From positions 512,001 to 576,000 of the forward strand of contig CAWJSJ010000001.1 in NCBI GenBank assembly GCA_963845565.1: 64,000 nucleotides of DNA, written 5' to 3'. Shown here piece by piece: positions 1 through 9,727 of the stretch (its first letter is position 1; each line of letters starts with the position of its first letter). The notes under the pieces are model-generated. The model saw nothing but the letters and a program-made list of their open reading frames with translations, was not told the DNA's origin and made no database searches. A program made the translations under genes and the position numbers. The stretch comes from an uncultured Methylomirabilota bacterium (GTDB lineage Bacteria; Methylomirabilota; Methylomirabilia; Methylomirabilales; 2-02-FULL-66-22).

Positions 1-251
1 CGGACAAGGTGATCGGCGACGATAAGATCGCCAAGGTGTCGATCGTCGGCGTTGGGATGCGGACGCATTCGGGTGTGGCCGCCCGGATGTTCGAGACGCT
101 GGGCCGGGAACAGATCAACATCGCCATGATCAGCACGTCGGAGATCAAGGTGTCGTGCGTGATCGAGGCCAAGTACACGGAATTGGCGGTGCGCGTGCTG
201 CACGAGGCGTTCGGTTTGGCGGCCGAGGCCGTCTCCGTGGAGCGGGGGTGA
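1..251 (+). CDS. lysC: Aspartate kinase, C-terminal ACT domain (5' truncated by window edge)
   Basis: [20 protein letters not shown]...[12 protein letters not shown]...[10 protein letters not shown] is the aspartokinase C-terminus. Confidence 0.93.
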   Translation, partial: DKVIGDDKIAKVSIVGVGMRTHSGVAARMFETLGREQINIAMISTSEIKVSCVIEAKYTELAVRVLHEAFGLAAEAVSVERG

Positions 252-271
252 CCCAAGGGGCGGAGGGGATC

Positions 272-706
272 GTGCGACCGGAACCCTGGGCGCAAGCCCA
301 CGGGATCGCCGCCGCCTGCGTGGGGTTGCTCCTGTTGGCGGGCACGGCCCTTCCGGTGCTGACCCAGCCGGGTCCGGCGTTTTCCGTGGGCGCGAACGTC
401 CCGCCGGACGGGCCGATCGCGCGTGCCGCGCTGGCGACCGCGGGGCGACTGCGCGGCGCGGCGCCCGAGTCGACCGCCGACCACGGGAGCCCGGCGCCGA
501 CCCGCACCCTCGATATCAACCGGGCGGATGGGGAAGCCCTGCAGGCGTTGCCCGGCATCGGACCGGCCCTGGCCAGACAGATCGTCGCCTACCGAGAGGC
601 GCATGGCCCCTTCCGGCAACCGGCAGACCTCCTTCGGGTGCCGGGGATCGGCGTCAAACGGTACGCCAGCCTCGAGGGACGGATCCGAACGGCGGAGGGT
701 CCATGA
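272..706 (+). CDS. comEA: ComEA-family helix-hairpin-helix DNA-binding protein
   Basis: N-terminal hydrophobic segment; DINRA...LQALPGIGPALARQIVAYRE..GPF...DLLRVPGIG; GTG start after GGAGGGG (start uncertain). Confidence 0.88.
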   Translation: MRPEPWAQAHGIAAACVGLLLLAGTALPVLTQPGPAFSVGANVPPDGPIARAALATAGRLRGAAPESTADHGSPAPTRTLDINRADGEALQALPGIGPALARQIVAYREAHGPFRQPADLLRVPGIGVKRYASLEGRIRTAEGP

Positions 707-1500
707 GCTTTCAGATCAAGCTGCACATGTTCGAGGGCCCCCTGGACCTCCTCCTGCACCTGATCCGGGAACACCAGATCGATATCCTGGACATCCCCAT
801 CGCGACCATTACCGAGGAATACCTCCGGTACATCGCCATCATGCAGGAGCTGGATCTGGACGTGGCCGGCGAGTACCTGCTGATGGCGGCGACGCTGATC
901 CACATCAAATCCAAGATGCTCCTGCCGCCGGAGGAGACGGCGGAGGGCGAGGAGGCGGAGGGCGAGGATCCGCGAGCGGAGTTGGTGAACCGCCTCCTGC
1001 AGTACAAGACGTTCAAGGAAGCGGCGCAGACCCTGAACCTCCTGGAGTCGGAGACGGCGCTGCTCCATCGGCGGGGCGCGCCCGCGATGGATCTGGAGGT
1101 GGAGGGGCCGCTCCAGGTTTCCATGGTCGAGCTGCTGCGGGCCTTCCGGGACGTGCTGTCGCGGGTGGACAAGACCATCCCGATGGAGATCACGCCCGAG
1201 GAGATCAACGTCGGGCAGCGAATCGTCATGCTCCTGGACCGTCTCGCGGCGGAGAGCCCGGTGGAGTTCAGTCGGCTGTTCGGGGACGCGACACGGCGGG
1301 TGGAGGTCATCGTCACGTTCCTGGCGCTGTTGGAGCTCCTGCGCCGACGCTTGGCGACGGCACGGCAGAGCGAGGCGATGGGACCCATTGTGATCTATCG
1401 GACGGTGGAGCGCGCGGACGAGACGGCGGATCCGGGGGACGGGGCTGCCGACGCGGCACGGCCGGCGGCGACCGGCGTGGCCGAGGGCGTGCCGGCGTGA
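703..1500 (+). CDS. scpA: Segregation and condensation protein A
   Basis: FEGPLDLLLHLI...EYLLMAATLIHIKSKMLLP...VTFLALLEL. Confidence 0.96.
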   Translation: MSFQIKLHMFEGPLDLLLHLIREHQIDILDIPIATITEEYLRYIAIMQELDLDVAGEYLLMAATLIHIKSKMLLPPEETAEGEEAEGEDPRAELVNRLLQYKTFKEAAQTLNLLESETALLHRRGAPAMDLEVEGPLQVSMVELLRAFRDVLSRVDKTIPMEITPEEINVGQRIVMLLDRLAAESPVEFSRLFGDATRRVEVIVTFLALLELLRRRLATARQSEAMGPIVIYRTVERADETADPGDGAADAARPAATGVAEGVPA

Positions 1501-1541
1501 GTGCGGGGCGCCCCGATCGTTCCCGGACAGAGGAGACACGG

Positions 1542-2372
1542 GTGAACGTGGCACCGGATCGACTGGCAATTCTGGAGGCGTTATTGTTTGTCGCAGAGGA
1601 ACCCCTGCCGCTCTCGAAGCTGCAGGAGATCCTGGCGGACGCCTCGTCGGCGGACACCGACGGATCGCTCCGCGATCTGGCGGTGCGTCTTGAGAGCGAG
1701 GGGCGCGGGGTGATGGTGCAGGAGGTGGCGGGGGGATTCCGTCTGACCACGCGGCCCGACGTCCACGCCTGGATCCAGAAGCTCCAGCAGGTGAAACCCG
1801 CCCGTCTGAGCCGGGCGGCGCTGGAAACCTTGGCCATCGTCGCCTATCGTCAGCCGATCACCCGCGCCGAGGTCGAGGCCATCCGCGGCGTGGCGGTCGA
1901 CGGCGTGCTGCGAACGCTGCTGGAACGGGAACTCGTGCGCATGATGGGGCGGAAGGCGGAAGCCGGCCGGCCGATGCTCTACGGGACGAGCCAGCAATTC
2001 CTGGAACACTTCGGCCTTCGGGAGCTGGGCGACCTGCCCACGCTGAGAGAGATCAATGAACTCATCGGAATCACGGAGACCGGGGCGGAGATCGACGCGC
2101 CCGCCGAATCGACCCCACCCATCGCGGACCGGCCGCCCGTCGTCGACGAGCGGGAGCCGGTCGAGGAGGCAGAGCGGTTCGCCGACGGACCGGCCGCCGC
2201 GGCCGCCGGAGCGGCGCTCCCCGTCGACGACCCGACCGCGGCCACCGAGTCGGGGCCAGACCGGGGCGGCGGCGAAGATCCCAGGGCGGACGGACGGTCC
2301 GGTGCAGCGACAGGCGGCGCGAGTGTCGCCCCGGCCGGAGCGTCGGAGGAGCCGCCCGCCTCTTCGAGGTAG
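1542..2372 (+). CDS. scpB: Segregation and condensation protein B with acidic low-complexity tail
   Basis: LEALLF...LSRAALETLAIVAYRQPITRAEVEAIRGV...GRPMLYGTSQQFLEHFGL; GAGGAG RBS before GTG 1542. Confidence 0.95.
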   Translation: MNVAPDRLAILEALLFVAEEPLPLSKLQEILADASSADTDGSLRDLAVRLESEGRGVMVQEVAGGFRLTTRPDVHAWIQKLQQVKPARLSRAALETLAIVAYRQPITRAEVEAIRGVAVDGVLRTLLERELVRMMGRKAEAGRPMLYGTSQQFLEHFGLRELGDLPTLREINELIGITETGAEIDAPAESTPPIADRPPVVDEREPVEEAERFADGPAAAAAGAALPVDDPTAATESGPDRGGGEDPRADGRSGAATGGASVAPAGASEEPPASSR

Positions 2373-2397
2373 CAGCGCGCGGCGGCCTCCCGGACGC

Positions 2398-3189
2398 GTG
2401 GGGCCTCCGCCCGGTGTTGGACTCGCGCAGCCGGCTCCCGAAACCGCTGCGGCGGAACGGCTGCAAAAGTTCCTGGCCCGGGCCGGGGTGGCGTCGCGCC
2501 GGCAATGCGAGGTCTTGATCACCGCCGGGCGCGTGCAGGTCAACGGGGAAGTGGTCCGCACCCTGGGGACGCGGGTTCGCCCGGGGCGGGACCGCGTCCA
2601 GGTGGACGGGGTGGGTCTCCGCGCGGAGGCGCCCGTCGTCCTCATGTTGCATAAACCCGCCGGGTACATCACGGCCGTCTCCGATCCGGAGGGGCGGCCG
2701 GTGGTGCTCTCGTTGCTCCCCCAGGCGGGAATGCCTCGGCTGTTCCCGGTCGGACGCCTGGATTGGGATACCGAGGGGCTTCTCCTGCTGACCAACGACG
2801 GCGATCTGGCCAACCTGCTCACCCATCCCCGGCATGGGGTCTCCAAGGTCTACCACGCGAAGGTCAAGGGCCGGCCGACGGCGGAAGGGCTCGGGCGATT
2901 GCTCCGGGGGGTGGTGTCCGAGGGCGAGCGACTCGTCGCCACCGCCGTGCGCCTGCTGCGGACGACGCAGGAGAACACGTGGGTGATGGTCGGCGTGCAC
3001 GAGGGACGCTACCGTCAGGTCCGTCGCATGTGCGAAGCGATCGGTCATCCGGTCCTGAAACTGGTTCGAGTGGCGCTGGGCCCTCTCACGCTCGGAACGC
3101 TTCCGCGTGGGCAGTGGCGCCCCCTGGTTCCCGCGGAGCTCCGGGCGCTGGAAGCGCTGAAGGCCGGGAATCCGCCAGAAAGGCCTTGA
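2398..3189 (+). CDS. rluB: 23S rRNA pseudouridine synthase (RsuA/RluB family)
   Basis: S4 domain ERLQKFLARAGVASRR; catalytic VGRLDWDTEGLLLLTNDG; usual position after scpB; start uncertain. Confidence 0.9.
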   Translation: MGPPPGVGLAQPAPETAAAERLQKFLARAGVASRRQCEVLITAGRVQVNGEVVRTLGTRVRPGRDRVQVDGVGLRAEAPVVLMLHKPAGYITAVSDPEGRPVVLSLLPQAGMPRLFPVGRLDWDTEGLLLLTNDGDLANLLTHPRHGVSKVYHAKVKGRPTAEGLGRLLRGVVSEGERLVATAVRLLRTTQENTWVMVGVHEGRYRQVRRMCEAIGHPVLKLVRVALGPLTLGTLPRGQWRPLVPAELRALEALKAGNPPERP

Positions 3190-3214
3190 ACACCCTCCGG
3201 TGCTTGGCTATCAT
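3186..3214 (+). promoter_or_regulatory. Sigma70-type promoter, probable leaderless pheA transcript
   Basis: TTGAAC-N17-TATCAT, then 6 nt to ATG 3221; no Shine-Dalgarno. Confidence 0.6.
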
Positions 3215-3220
3215 GACGCA

Positions 3221-4318
3221 ATGAGCGACGCGACCTCCTCCAAGCGGATCTCGGAACTGCGGCAGCGCATCGACGAGATCGACTCCGAAATCCTGCGGCT
3301 CTTGAACCGGCGGGCAGCGCTGGTGCTCGACGTCGGCCGTCTGAAAACGGAACACAATCTCGAGTACCATGTCCCCCAGCGCGAGGAGGAAATCTACGCC
3401 CGTCTCGCCGCCGAGAATCGAGGACCGTTCCCCGCACCGGCGGTACGACCGGTGTTCCGCGAGGTCATCTCCGCGTGTCTGTCGCTGGAGCACCCGCTGC
3501 GCGTGGGCTATCTCGGCCCGCGGGCGACCTTCTCGCATCTGGCCGCCATGGAACGGTTCGGCCTCTCGGCGCGGTTTCTGGCCATGCGCAGCATCGCCGA
3601 GGTGTTCGCGGAGGTGGAGAAGGGGAACGCGGACTTCGGGGTCGTCCCGGTGGAGAATTCCACCGAAGGGGTGGTGAGCCACACGCTCGACATGTTCGTG
3701 GACTCGCCGCTCCTGATCTGCGGCGAGGTGGTCGTCGAGGCGGCGCTGCATCTGCTGAGCAAGGCCGCCACCCTGGGCGACGTGCGGAAGATCTACTCCC
3801 ACCCGCACGGCTTGGCCGAGTCCCGGAAGTGGTTGGAGCGAAACGCGCCCCACGTCTCGGTGGTGGAAACCAGCAGCACCGGGGCGGCGGCGGAGATCGC
3901 CGCCTCGGAACCGGGCGCGGCCGCCATCGCCTCGGAGCTTGCGGCCTCGCTGTACGATCTCTCGGTCCTCCAGCGGCGGATCGAGGATCATCCCAACAAC
4001 TTCACCCGGTTTCTGATCATCGGAAAGCAGGGTGCGCCGCCGACGGCCGCCGACAAGACCTCCATCCTGTTCTCCATCAAGGATCGCGTGGGGGCCTTGC
4101 ACCGGATGCTGCTCCCATTCGCGGAGCGACGGATCAATCTGACCAAAATCGAATCCCGGCCCTCCAAGAAGAAGGTCTGGGAATACGTCTTCTACGTGGA
4201 CTTCGCGGGGCATGCCAACGAGCCGCGTGCCCGCGAGGCGCTGGCCGCCCTGCAGGAAGACTGCATCTTCCTCAAGATCCTGGGCTCCTATGCGGCGGCC
4301 CAGCGCGCGGAGGGCTGA
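3221..4318 (+). CDS. pheA: Chorismate mutase/prephenate dehydratase (P-protein)
   Basis: LRQRIDEID (CM); VVPVENSTEG, NFTRF, INLTKIESRP (PDT-ACT). Confidence 0.96.
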   Translation: MSDATSSKRISELRQRIDEIDSEILRLLNRRAALVLDVGRLKTEHNLEYHVPQREEEIYARLAAENRGPFPAPAVRPVFREVISACLSLEHPLRVGYLGPRATFSHLAAMERFGLSARFLAMRSIAEVFAEVEKGNADFGVVPVENSTEGVVSHTLDMFVDSPLLICGEVVVEAALHLLSKAATLGDVRKIYSHPHGLAESRKWLERNAPHVSVVETSSTGAAAEIAASEPGAAAIASELAASLYDLSVLQRRIEDHPNNFTRFLIIGKQGAPPTAADKTSILFSIKDRVGALHRMLLPFAERRINLTKIESRPSKKKVWEYVFYVDFAGHANEPRAREALAALQEDCIFLKILGSYAAAQRAEG

Positions 4319-4355
4319 GCGTGGGCCGGCCGCGTCCCGACAAGGAGGTGTCGCC

Positions 4356-5459
4356 TTGAGTCGTTCGCTGGAGGAGCTCGCCTCTCCGTATCTGTCTGGT
4401 CTCATCCCCTATTCCCCCGGCAAGCCGATCGAAGAAGTAGAGCGCGAGCTCGGAATATCCGGCTCGGTGAAACTGGCGTCCAACGAAAATCCGCTGGGGC
4501 CGTCCCCCAAGGCCCTCCAGGCCATCGCCGGGGCGCTGCCGAACCTCCACCGCTATCCCGACGGCGGCGGGTACGCCTTGCGGAAGGCGCTGTCTCGTCA
4601 CTGGGACGTGCCGGCCGATTGGCTGATCCTGGGGAACGGCTCCAACGAACTCCTGGAGATGGCGGGGCGGTGCTTCCTGATGCCGGGCGACGAGGTGCTG
4701 TACGCCCGGCAGGCATTCATCGTGTACGACATGGTGGCCCAGGTGACCGGGGCGACCAAGGTGGCGATCCCGCTTGCGGACTTCGCCCACGACCTGCCCG
4801 CCATGCAGGCGGCGATCACGCCCAGGACCAAACTGGTGTTCCTGGCCAACCCGAACAACCCCACCGGAACCTGTGTGGATCCCCGGGCGCTGGAGGGGTT
4901 CCTGGCGGCCGTGCCGCCCGAGGTGATCGTGGTGCTGGACGAAGCCTACTACGAGTACCTTCCGCCGGAGGCGCGACCTGACGCGCTGCGGTTCGTCCGC
5001 GACGGCCGGTGGGTTCTCCTCCTGCGGACCTTTTCGAAGATTTACGGTCTGGCGGGGTTGCGCATCGGCTACGGGATCGGTCCGGCGCCGCTGGTGGCCC
5101 TCCTCAATCGGGTCCGCGAGCCGTTCAACACCAACACCCTGGCCCAGGTCGCGGCGGCGGCAGCGCTCCACGATGCCGACCACGTCGCGGCCAGTCGCGC
5201 GGCCAACGAGGCCGGCCGCGCGTTCCTGACCGGGCAGTGCCGGGGCATGGGACTGGCCGTGGTTCCCAGCGTCGCGAATTTTCTGCTGGTGGACACCGGA
5301 CGGCCGGGGGGGCAGGTAACGGACGCATTGCTCCGGCACGGCGTGATCGTTCGTCCGGTGGCCGGCTATGGATTCGCCACGCACCTGCGCATCACCATCG
5401 GGACGGCGACGGAGAACGAGAAGTGCGTCGGCGCATTGCGGGCCGTGTTGGGGAAATGA
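4356..5459 (+). CDS. hisC: Histidinol-phosphate aminotransferase
   Basis: YSPGKPIEE, KLASNENPLG, ANPNNPTG, DEAY, RTFSKIYGLAGLRIGY; AAGGAGG RBS with TTG start. Confidence 0.95.
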   Translation: MSRSLEELASPYLSGLIPYSPGKPIEEVERELGISGSVKLASNENPLGPSPKALQAIAGALPNLHRYPDGGGYALRKALSRHWDVPADWLILGNGSNELLEMAGRCFLMPGDEVLYARQAFIVYDMVAQVTGATKVAIPLADFAHDLPAMQAAITPRTKLVFLANPNNPTGTCVDPRALEGFLAAVPPEVIVVLDEAYYEYLPPEARPDALRFVRDGRWVLLLRTFSKIYGLAGLRIGYGIGPAPLVALLNRVREPFNTNTLAQVAAAAALHDADHVAASRAANEAGRAFLTGQCRGMGLAVVPSVANFLLVDTGRPGGQVTDALLRHGVIVRPVAGYGFATHLRITIGTATENEKCVGALRAVLGK

Positions 5460-5466
5460 GGGGTCG

Positions 5467-6372
5467 GTGTCCATTCCGCGCTCTGTATCCCAGGACGTGC
5501 CACCGGGGGCGCCTCTCTTTCGACAGATGACCATCGTGGGCGTCGGGCTGATCGGCGGCAGCTTGGCGCTGGCGGCGCGACGGGCCGGGGCGGTGCAGAC
5601 GGTGGTTGGTGTCGGGCGCAGCCCGGCAAACCGCGAAGTGGCATTGGTCCGGGGCCTGGTCGATCGCGCGACCGACGACCTGTCGTCCGGGGTACGGGAT
5701 GCCGACCTCGTCGTCTTGGCGGTTCCCGTCCGCGAGATTGTGCGCCTGTTGCCGGGGGTGGCGCGTGCGACCGGTCCGGCCTGCGTGGTGACTGACGTGG
5801 GCAGCGTGAAAGGGCCGATCCTGACAGCGGGCGACGAGGCATTTCCGGACGGTCGGTTCGTGGCGGGGCATCCGATCGCAGGCAAGGAACAATCGGGACC
5901 GGCTGCCGCCAGGGCGGACCTCTTTCACGATGCGAACTGGCTCCTGACGCCCGGGGAGCGGACGCAGGCGGGGGCTGTGGAACGTGTCGAGGCGCTGTGT
6001 CGGGCCGCCGGGGCGCGGGCGGTTCGGATGGGCGCGGGCTGGCACGACGAGGTGTTCGCCACCGTCAGTCATCTGCCGCACCTCGTCGCCTATGCCCTGA
6101 TGGATGCCGTGCTGGGCACCGAGCGGGGCGCTGAGCGCATTCGCTTCTCCGCGGGCGGCCTCCGCGACTTCACCCGGGTGGCGGGAAGCGATCCGGCCAT
6201 GTGGCGTGACATTTTTCTGATGAATCGGGAGCCGGTGCTCCGGGTGCTGGCGGAATACCAGCGGGCCTTGGGGCGGCTGGCAGCCGCCATTCGCGACGGC
6301 GACGGGGAGCAGTTGGAGGCGCGCTTGCTCCAGGCTCGGGTCGCGCGGGAGGGACTCGTCCATCGCTCATGA
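5467..6372 (+). CDS. tyrA: Prephenate/arogenate dehydrogenase
   Basis: GVGLIGGS, TDVGSVKG, GHPIAGKE, SHLPH, GGLRDFTRVA..DPAMWRDI; start uncertain. Confidence 0.93.
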   Translation: MSIPRSVSQDVPPGAPLFRQMTIVGVGLIGGSLALAARRAGAVQTVVGVGRSPANREVALVRGLVDRATDDLSSGVRDADLVVLAVPVREIVRLLPGVARATGPACVVTDVGSVKGPILTAGDEAFPDGRFVAGHPIAGKEQSGPAAARADLFHDANWLLTPGERTQAGAVERVEALCRAAGARAVRMGAGWHDEVFATVSHLPHLVAYALMDAVLGTERGAERIRFSAGGLRDFTRVAGSDPAMWRDIFLMNREPVLRVLAEYQRALGRLAAAIRDGDGEQLEARLLQARVAREGLVHRS

Positions 6373-6376
6373 AATC

Positions 6377-7519
6377 GTGACGCGACGCGGGCCGGAGACG
6401 GCCCTTCTGGTCGGTGTGGTTCGCCACCGACAGCCGCGATGGGAAGCCGAGGACTCGCTCGTCGAGTTGGAGCAGTTGGCGCGCGCCGCGGGGGCGCGGG
6501 TGGCCGAGGCGGTGCTGCAGGATCGCGACCGGTTGGACCCACGCTACCTCATTGGAAAGGGAAAGGCGGAAGAGATCCGGGGGCGCTGCAGCGGAATCGA
6601 CGTCGTCATCCTGGACGAGGAGCTGTCCGGATCGCAGCAGCGGAATCTGGAGAAACTCCTCGGGCGCCGGGTCGTGGATCGGACCGGTCTGATCCTGGAC
6701 ATCTTTGCGCAGCGGGCGCAGACGCGAGAGGGGAAACTCCAGGTGGAGCTTGCGCAACTCGACTACCACCTGCCGCGCCTGGCCGGTGCCTGGACCCACC
6801 TCGAGCGGCTCGGCGGCGGGATCGGGACCCGGGGCCCCGGTGAGACACAACTCGAGTCCGATCGCCGGCGGGTCAAGACGCGGATGGCGAAGATCCGACG
6901 GGACCTGGAGCAAGTGCGGCGCCATCGCGCGCTTCTGCGTCGGCCGCGGCGGAAGATCCCCTTCCCCATCGTCGCCCTGGTCGGCTACACCAACGCGGGA
7001 AAATCCTCCCTGATGAACGCACTGACTCGGGCGGGCGTGGTGGTCCGGGATCAGCTGTTTGCCACGCTGGATCCGACGCTGCGCCGGCTGACCTTGCCGG
7101 GAGGCCGCGTGGCACTCCTCTCGGACACGGTCGGGTTTATCCGAAAGATCCCGCACCAACTGGTCGCCGCGTTCCAGGCCACGCTGGAAGAGGTGCAGGA
7201 AGCGGAACTCCTGCTCCACGTGGTGGACGTCAGTCATCCGCACGCGGAGTTGCAGCAGGCGGCGGTGGAGGCCGTGCTGGGCGAGCTCGGTTTGGCGGAT
7301 CGTCCCACCATTCTGGCGTACAACAAGATCGATCGGCTCGGCCAGCGACCGGATTTCCCATGGGGACCGGGAAGCGGCCGTGTGGCCATCTCGGCCAAGA
7401 CGGGCGCCGGTCTGGACGACCTGCGACGCGAGATCGTGGCCGGGCTGGACGGGCCGCGTCCGACGACGACCACCGCACCGCGCTCCCCCGATCGCGAGAG
7501 GAGCGAGGCGCTGTGCTGA
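6377..7519 (+). CDS. hflX: GTPase HflX
   Basis: LILDIFAQRA..EGKLQVELAQL, RGPGETQLE, VGYTNAGKS, LFATLD, DTVGF, NKID. Confidence 0.96.
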   Translation: MTRRGPETALLVGVVRHRQPRWEAEDSLVELEQLARAAGARVAEAVLQDRDRLDPRYLIGKGKAEEIRGRCSGIDVVILDEELSGSQQRNLEKLLGRRVVDRTGLILDIFAQRAQTREGKLQVELAQLDYHLPRLAGAWTHLERLGGGIGTRGPGETQLESDRRRVKTRMAKIRRDLEQVRRHRALLRRPRRKIPFPIVALVGYTNAGKSSLMNALTRAGVVVRDQLFATLDPTLRRLTLPGGRVALLSDTVGFIRKIPHQLVAAFQATLEEVQEAELLLHVVDVSHPHAELQQAAVEAVLGELGLADRPTILAYNKIDRLGQRPDFPWGPGSGRVAISAKTGAGLDDLRREIVAGLDGPRPTTTTAPRSPDRERSEALC

Positions 7520-8046
7520 CACTGGCGAATCGCCTGACCATTCTCCGTATCCTGATGACGCCCGCCATCACGATCCTCTTGCTGTACAGACACATGGAAG
7601 CGGCGATCGCCCTCTTCTTGCTGGCGGGGATCACGGACGGTTTGGACGGGTTCGTTGCCCGGCGTCGGGGCCAGCGGACAGCCCTGGGCATGGTCCTGGA
7701 CCCCTTGGCCGATAAGCTGTTGCTGATGTCCTCGGTGATCACCCTGACCATTCTCCGGGAGTTGCCGCGGTGGTTCACCATCATCGTGGTGAGTCGTGAT
7801 CTGATGCTCATCGGGGGCGCGGTGATCCTGTACATGTTCGTCGGGAAGGTTTCCATGCCGCCGTCGTGGCTGGGGAAATGGACGACGTGCTTTCAGATCG
7901 CGACCGTGCTGTTGGGTATGCTGGACAATCTCGTGCCCAGCCTGCGGGTCACCTTGATGCCGTGCGCGGTGATCACGACGGCCCTGACGATCGGGTCGGG
8001 CCTCGACTACGTCTATCGCGGCACCCGCCTTCTGAACGACCAGTGA
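7513..8046 (+). CDS. CDP-alcohol phosphatidyltransferase (PgsA-like)
   Basis: NRLTILR; DGLDGFVAR...G..LDPLADK signature; several TM segments. Confidence 0.9.
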   Translation: MLTLANRLTILRILMTPAITILLLYRHMEAAIALFLLAGITDGLDGFVARRRGQRTALGMVLDPLADKLLLMSSVITLTILRELPRWFTIIVVSRDLMLIGGAVILYMFVGKVSMPPSWLGKWTTCFQIATVLLGMLDNLVPSLRVTLMPCAVITTALTIGSGLDYVYRGTRLLNDQ

Positions 8047-8076
8047 TCCGCCGCACTGGCGGTTGAGGGATCTCTC

Positions 8077-9396
8077 ATGCCGATGAAGTCGCTGACGATC
8101 CAGGCAGTGGAGGCGGGTAGCCCGGCGGCGGAGGCGGGTGTGACGGCGGGTGCAACGCTGGTCAGCGTCAATGGCCAACCGATCCAGGACGCGCTGGAGC
8201 TGCGTTTCGCGGAGACGGCGAGCCGGGTCGTCCTCGTCTGGCGCGACGACGGCGGGACCGAACGCCGATCGATCATCCGGAAGCCGGATGACCTGGCGCT
8301 CGGCTTGGAGGTGGATCCCCTCAAGATGCACGCCTGCAACAACAAGTGCGCCTTCTGCTTCGCCCATCAAAACGCCCGGGGGATGCGGCGAGCCCTCTAC
8401 TTCAAAGACGACGACTACCGCTTCTCCTTTCTGAACGGCAATTTCGCCACGCTGACGAATCTGACCGAGGCGGACACCGCGCGAATCATCGCGCAGCGGC
8501 TCTCGCCGCTGTACGTCTCAGTCCACGCCACCGACTGCGCGCTTCGGCGCCAGCTGCTCGGCAATCCGAACGCACCGGACGTGCTCGGGCAGATCGCTCG
8601 ATTCGCCGCTGCCCGGATTGCCATGCACACCCAGGTGGTTCTCTGCCCGGGACTCAACGATGGTGCGCAGTTGGCCAAGACCCTGGAGGACCTGGCATCC
8701 TTCCATCCCTTCGTCGAAACCGTTGCGTTGGTACCCGTCGGGCTCACGCAGTACCGCGAGAAGCTTCCGGTGCTCCGATCGCCCGACCCAGACTACGCCC
8801 GGGCGCTCCTGCGGTGGGCCGAACCGTGGCGGCGGCGGTTCCGGCAGGACCTGGGGACACGATTCGCCTTTCCGTCCGATGAGTTCTATCTCCTGGCGGG
8901 CCGTCCCTTCCCGTCGGGGCAGAGCTATGAGGGGTATCCACAACTGGGGAACGGAGTCGGGGGGTGTCGGAAATTCTTGGATGAGTTCCGTCGGCTGACG
9001 GGCACACTTCCGGCTGCCATGGCGCCGGCGCGGTCGGCGAGTGTCGTCACCGGAACGCTCGCGGTGCCCGTGCTCGCCGATGCGGTGGCCCGTCTGAACC
9101 GGGTGCGGGGTCTCCGGGTCGATCTGATCCCGGTGGCCAACACCTTTTTTGGCGGGTCGGTCACCTGCGCCGGACTATTGACCGGGACGGACATTCGTCG
9201 AACGCTCGATCAGGAACGGGGCCGCGTCGGTGACGTCGTCCTGATTCCCTCGGTTGCCTTCAAGGACGAGGAGGATATCCTTCTCGATGACGTGACGCTC
9301 GCCACTGTAGAGGCTGGGATCGGCCGGCGGGTACTTCGGGTGGAGGCCACAGCGCGCGGGTTGGCACGGACGCTCTGCGAGGCCTTCCCGGAGTAG
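8077..9396 (+). CDS. DUF512 / radical-SAM-like Fe-S oxidoreductase with N-terminal PDZ-like domain
   Basis: CNNKCAFCF, KDDDYRFSFL.GNF.TLTN, SPLYVSVH, QVVLCPGLNDG, DEFY, YPQLGNGVG. Confidence 0.88.
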   Translation: MPMKSLTIQAVEAGSPAAEAGVTAGATLVSVNGQPIQDALELRFAETASRVVLVWRDDGGTERRSIIRKPDDLALGLEVDPLKMHACNNKCAFCFAHQNARGMRRALYFKDDDYRFSFLNGNFATLTNLTEADTARIIAQRLSPLYVSVHATDCALRRQLLGNPNAPDVLGQIARFAAARIAMHTQVVLCPGLNDGAQLAKTLEDLASFHPFVETVALVPVGLTQYREKLPVLRSPDPDYARALLRWAEPWRRRFRQDLGTRFAFPSDEFYLLAGRPFPSGQSYEGYPQLGNGVGGCRKFLDEFRRLTGTLPAAMAPARSASVVTGTLAVPVLADAVARLNRVRGLRVDLIPVANTFFGGSVTCAGLLTGTDIRRTLDQERGRVGDVVLIPSVAFKDEEDILLDDVTLATVEAGIGRRVLRVEATARGLARTLCEAFPE

Positions 9397-9727
9397 AACG
9401 ACACCGCACGTGTTGACCGTCGCGGTCGGCGATGTGCACGTTTTCCGTCGGTCGCGAATCCGCGACGCCATCCTATTCTCCTGCCTTCACGCGACCTGTG
9501 CGCTGACGAGGTTCGCGGCCGAGACGGGTCGCCAGGCGGCCAGCCGATTTTCCCCTTGACGAGGCGGGCGAACAGCATGTAATAGGCCTACGGGGCCCCA
9601 GGGTCCGCCTGAGGTCTGGTCTAACCCATCGTCTCAAGCGGTTCGCGGAGGGGTCGACCGGCCGTTTCCCGGCTCCCGGGGAATGGAACCACTCTTGCGG
9701 CCTTGACTGGAGAGAAAGGAGGGGGTC

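Noticed and set aside
423..1541. N-terminal extensions of ORF-track calls (scpB; also argS, hydrogenase large subunit, hypD, hypE, second cheW)
   Set aside because: They overlap upstream genes in another frame; better starts exist downstream, mostly with an SD sequence or a start/stop overlap
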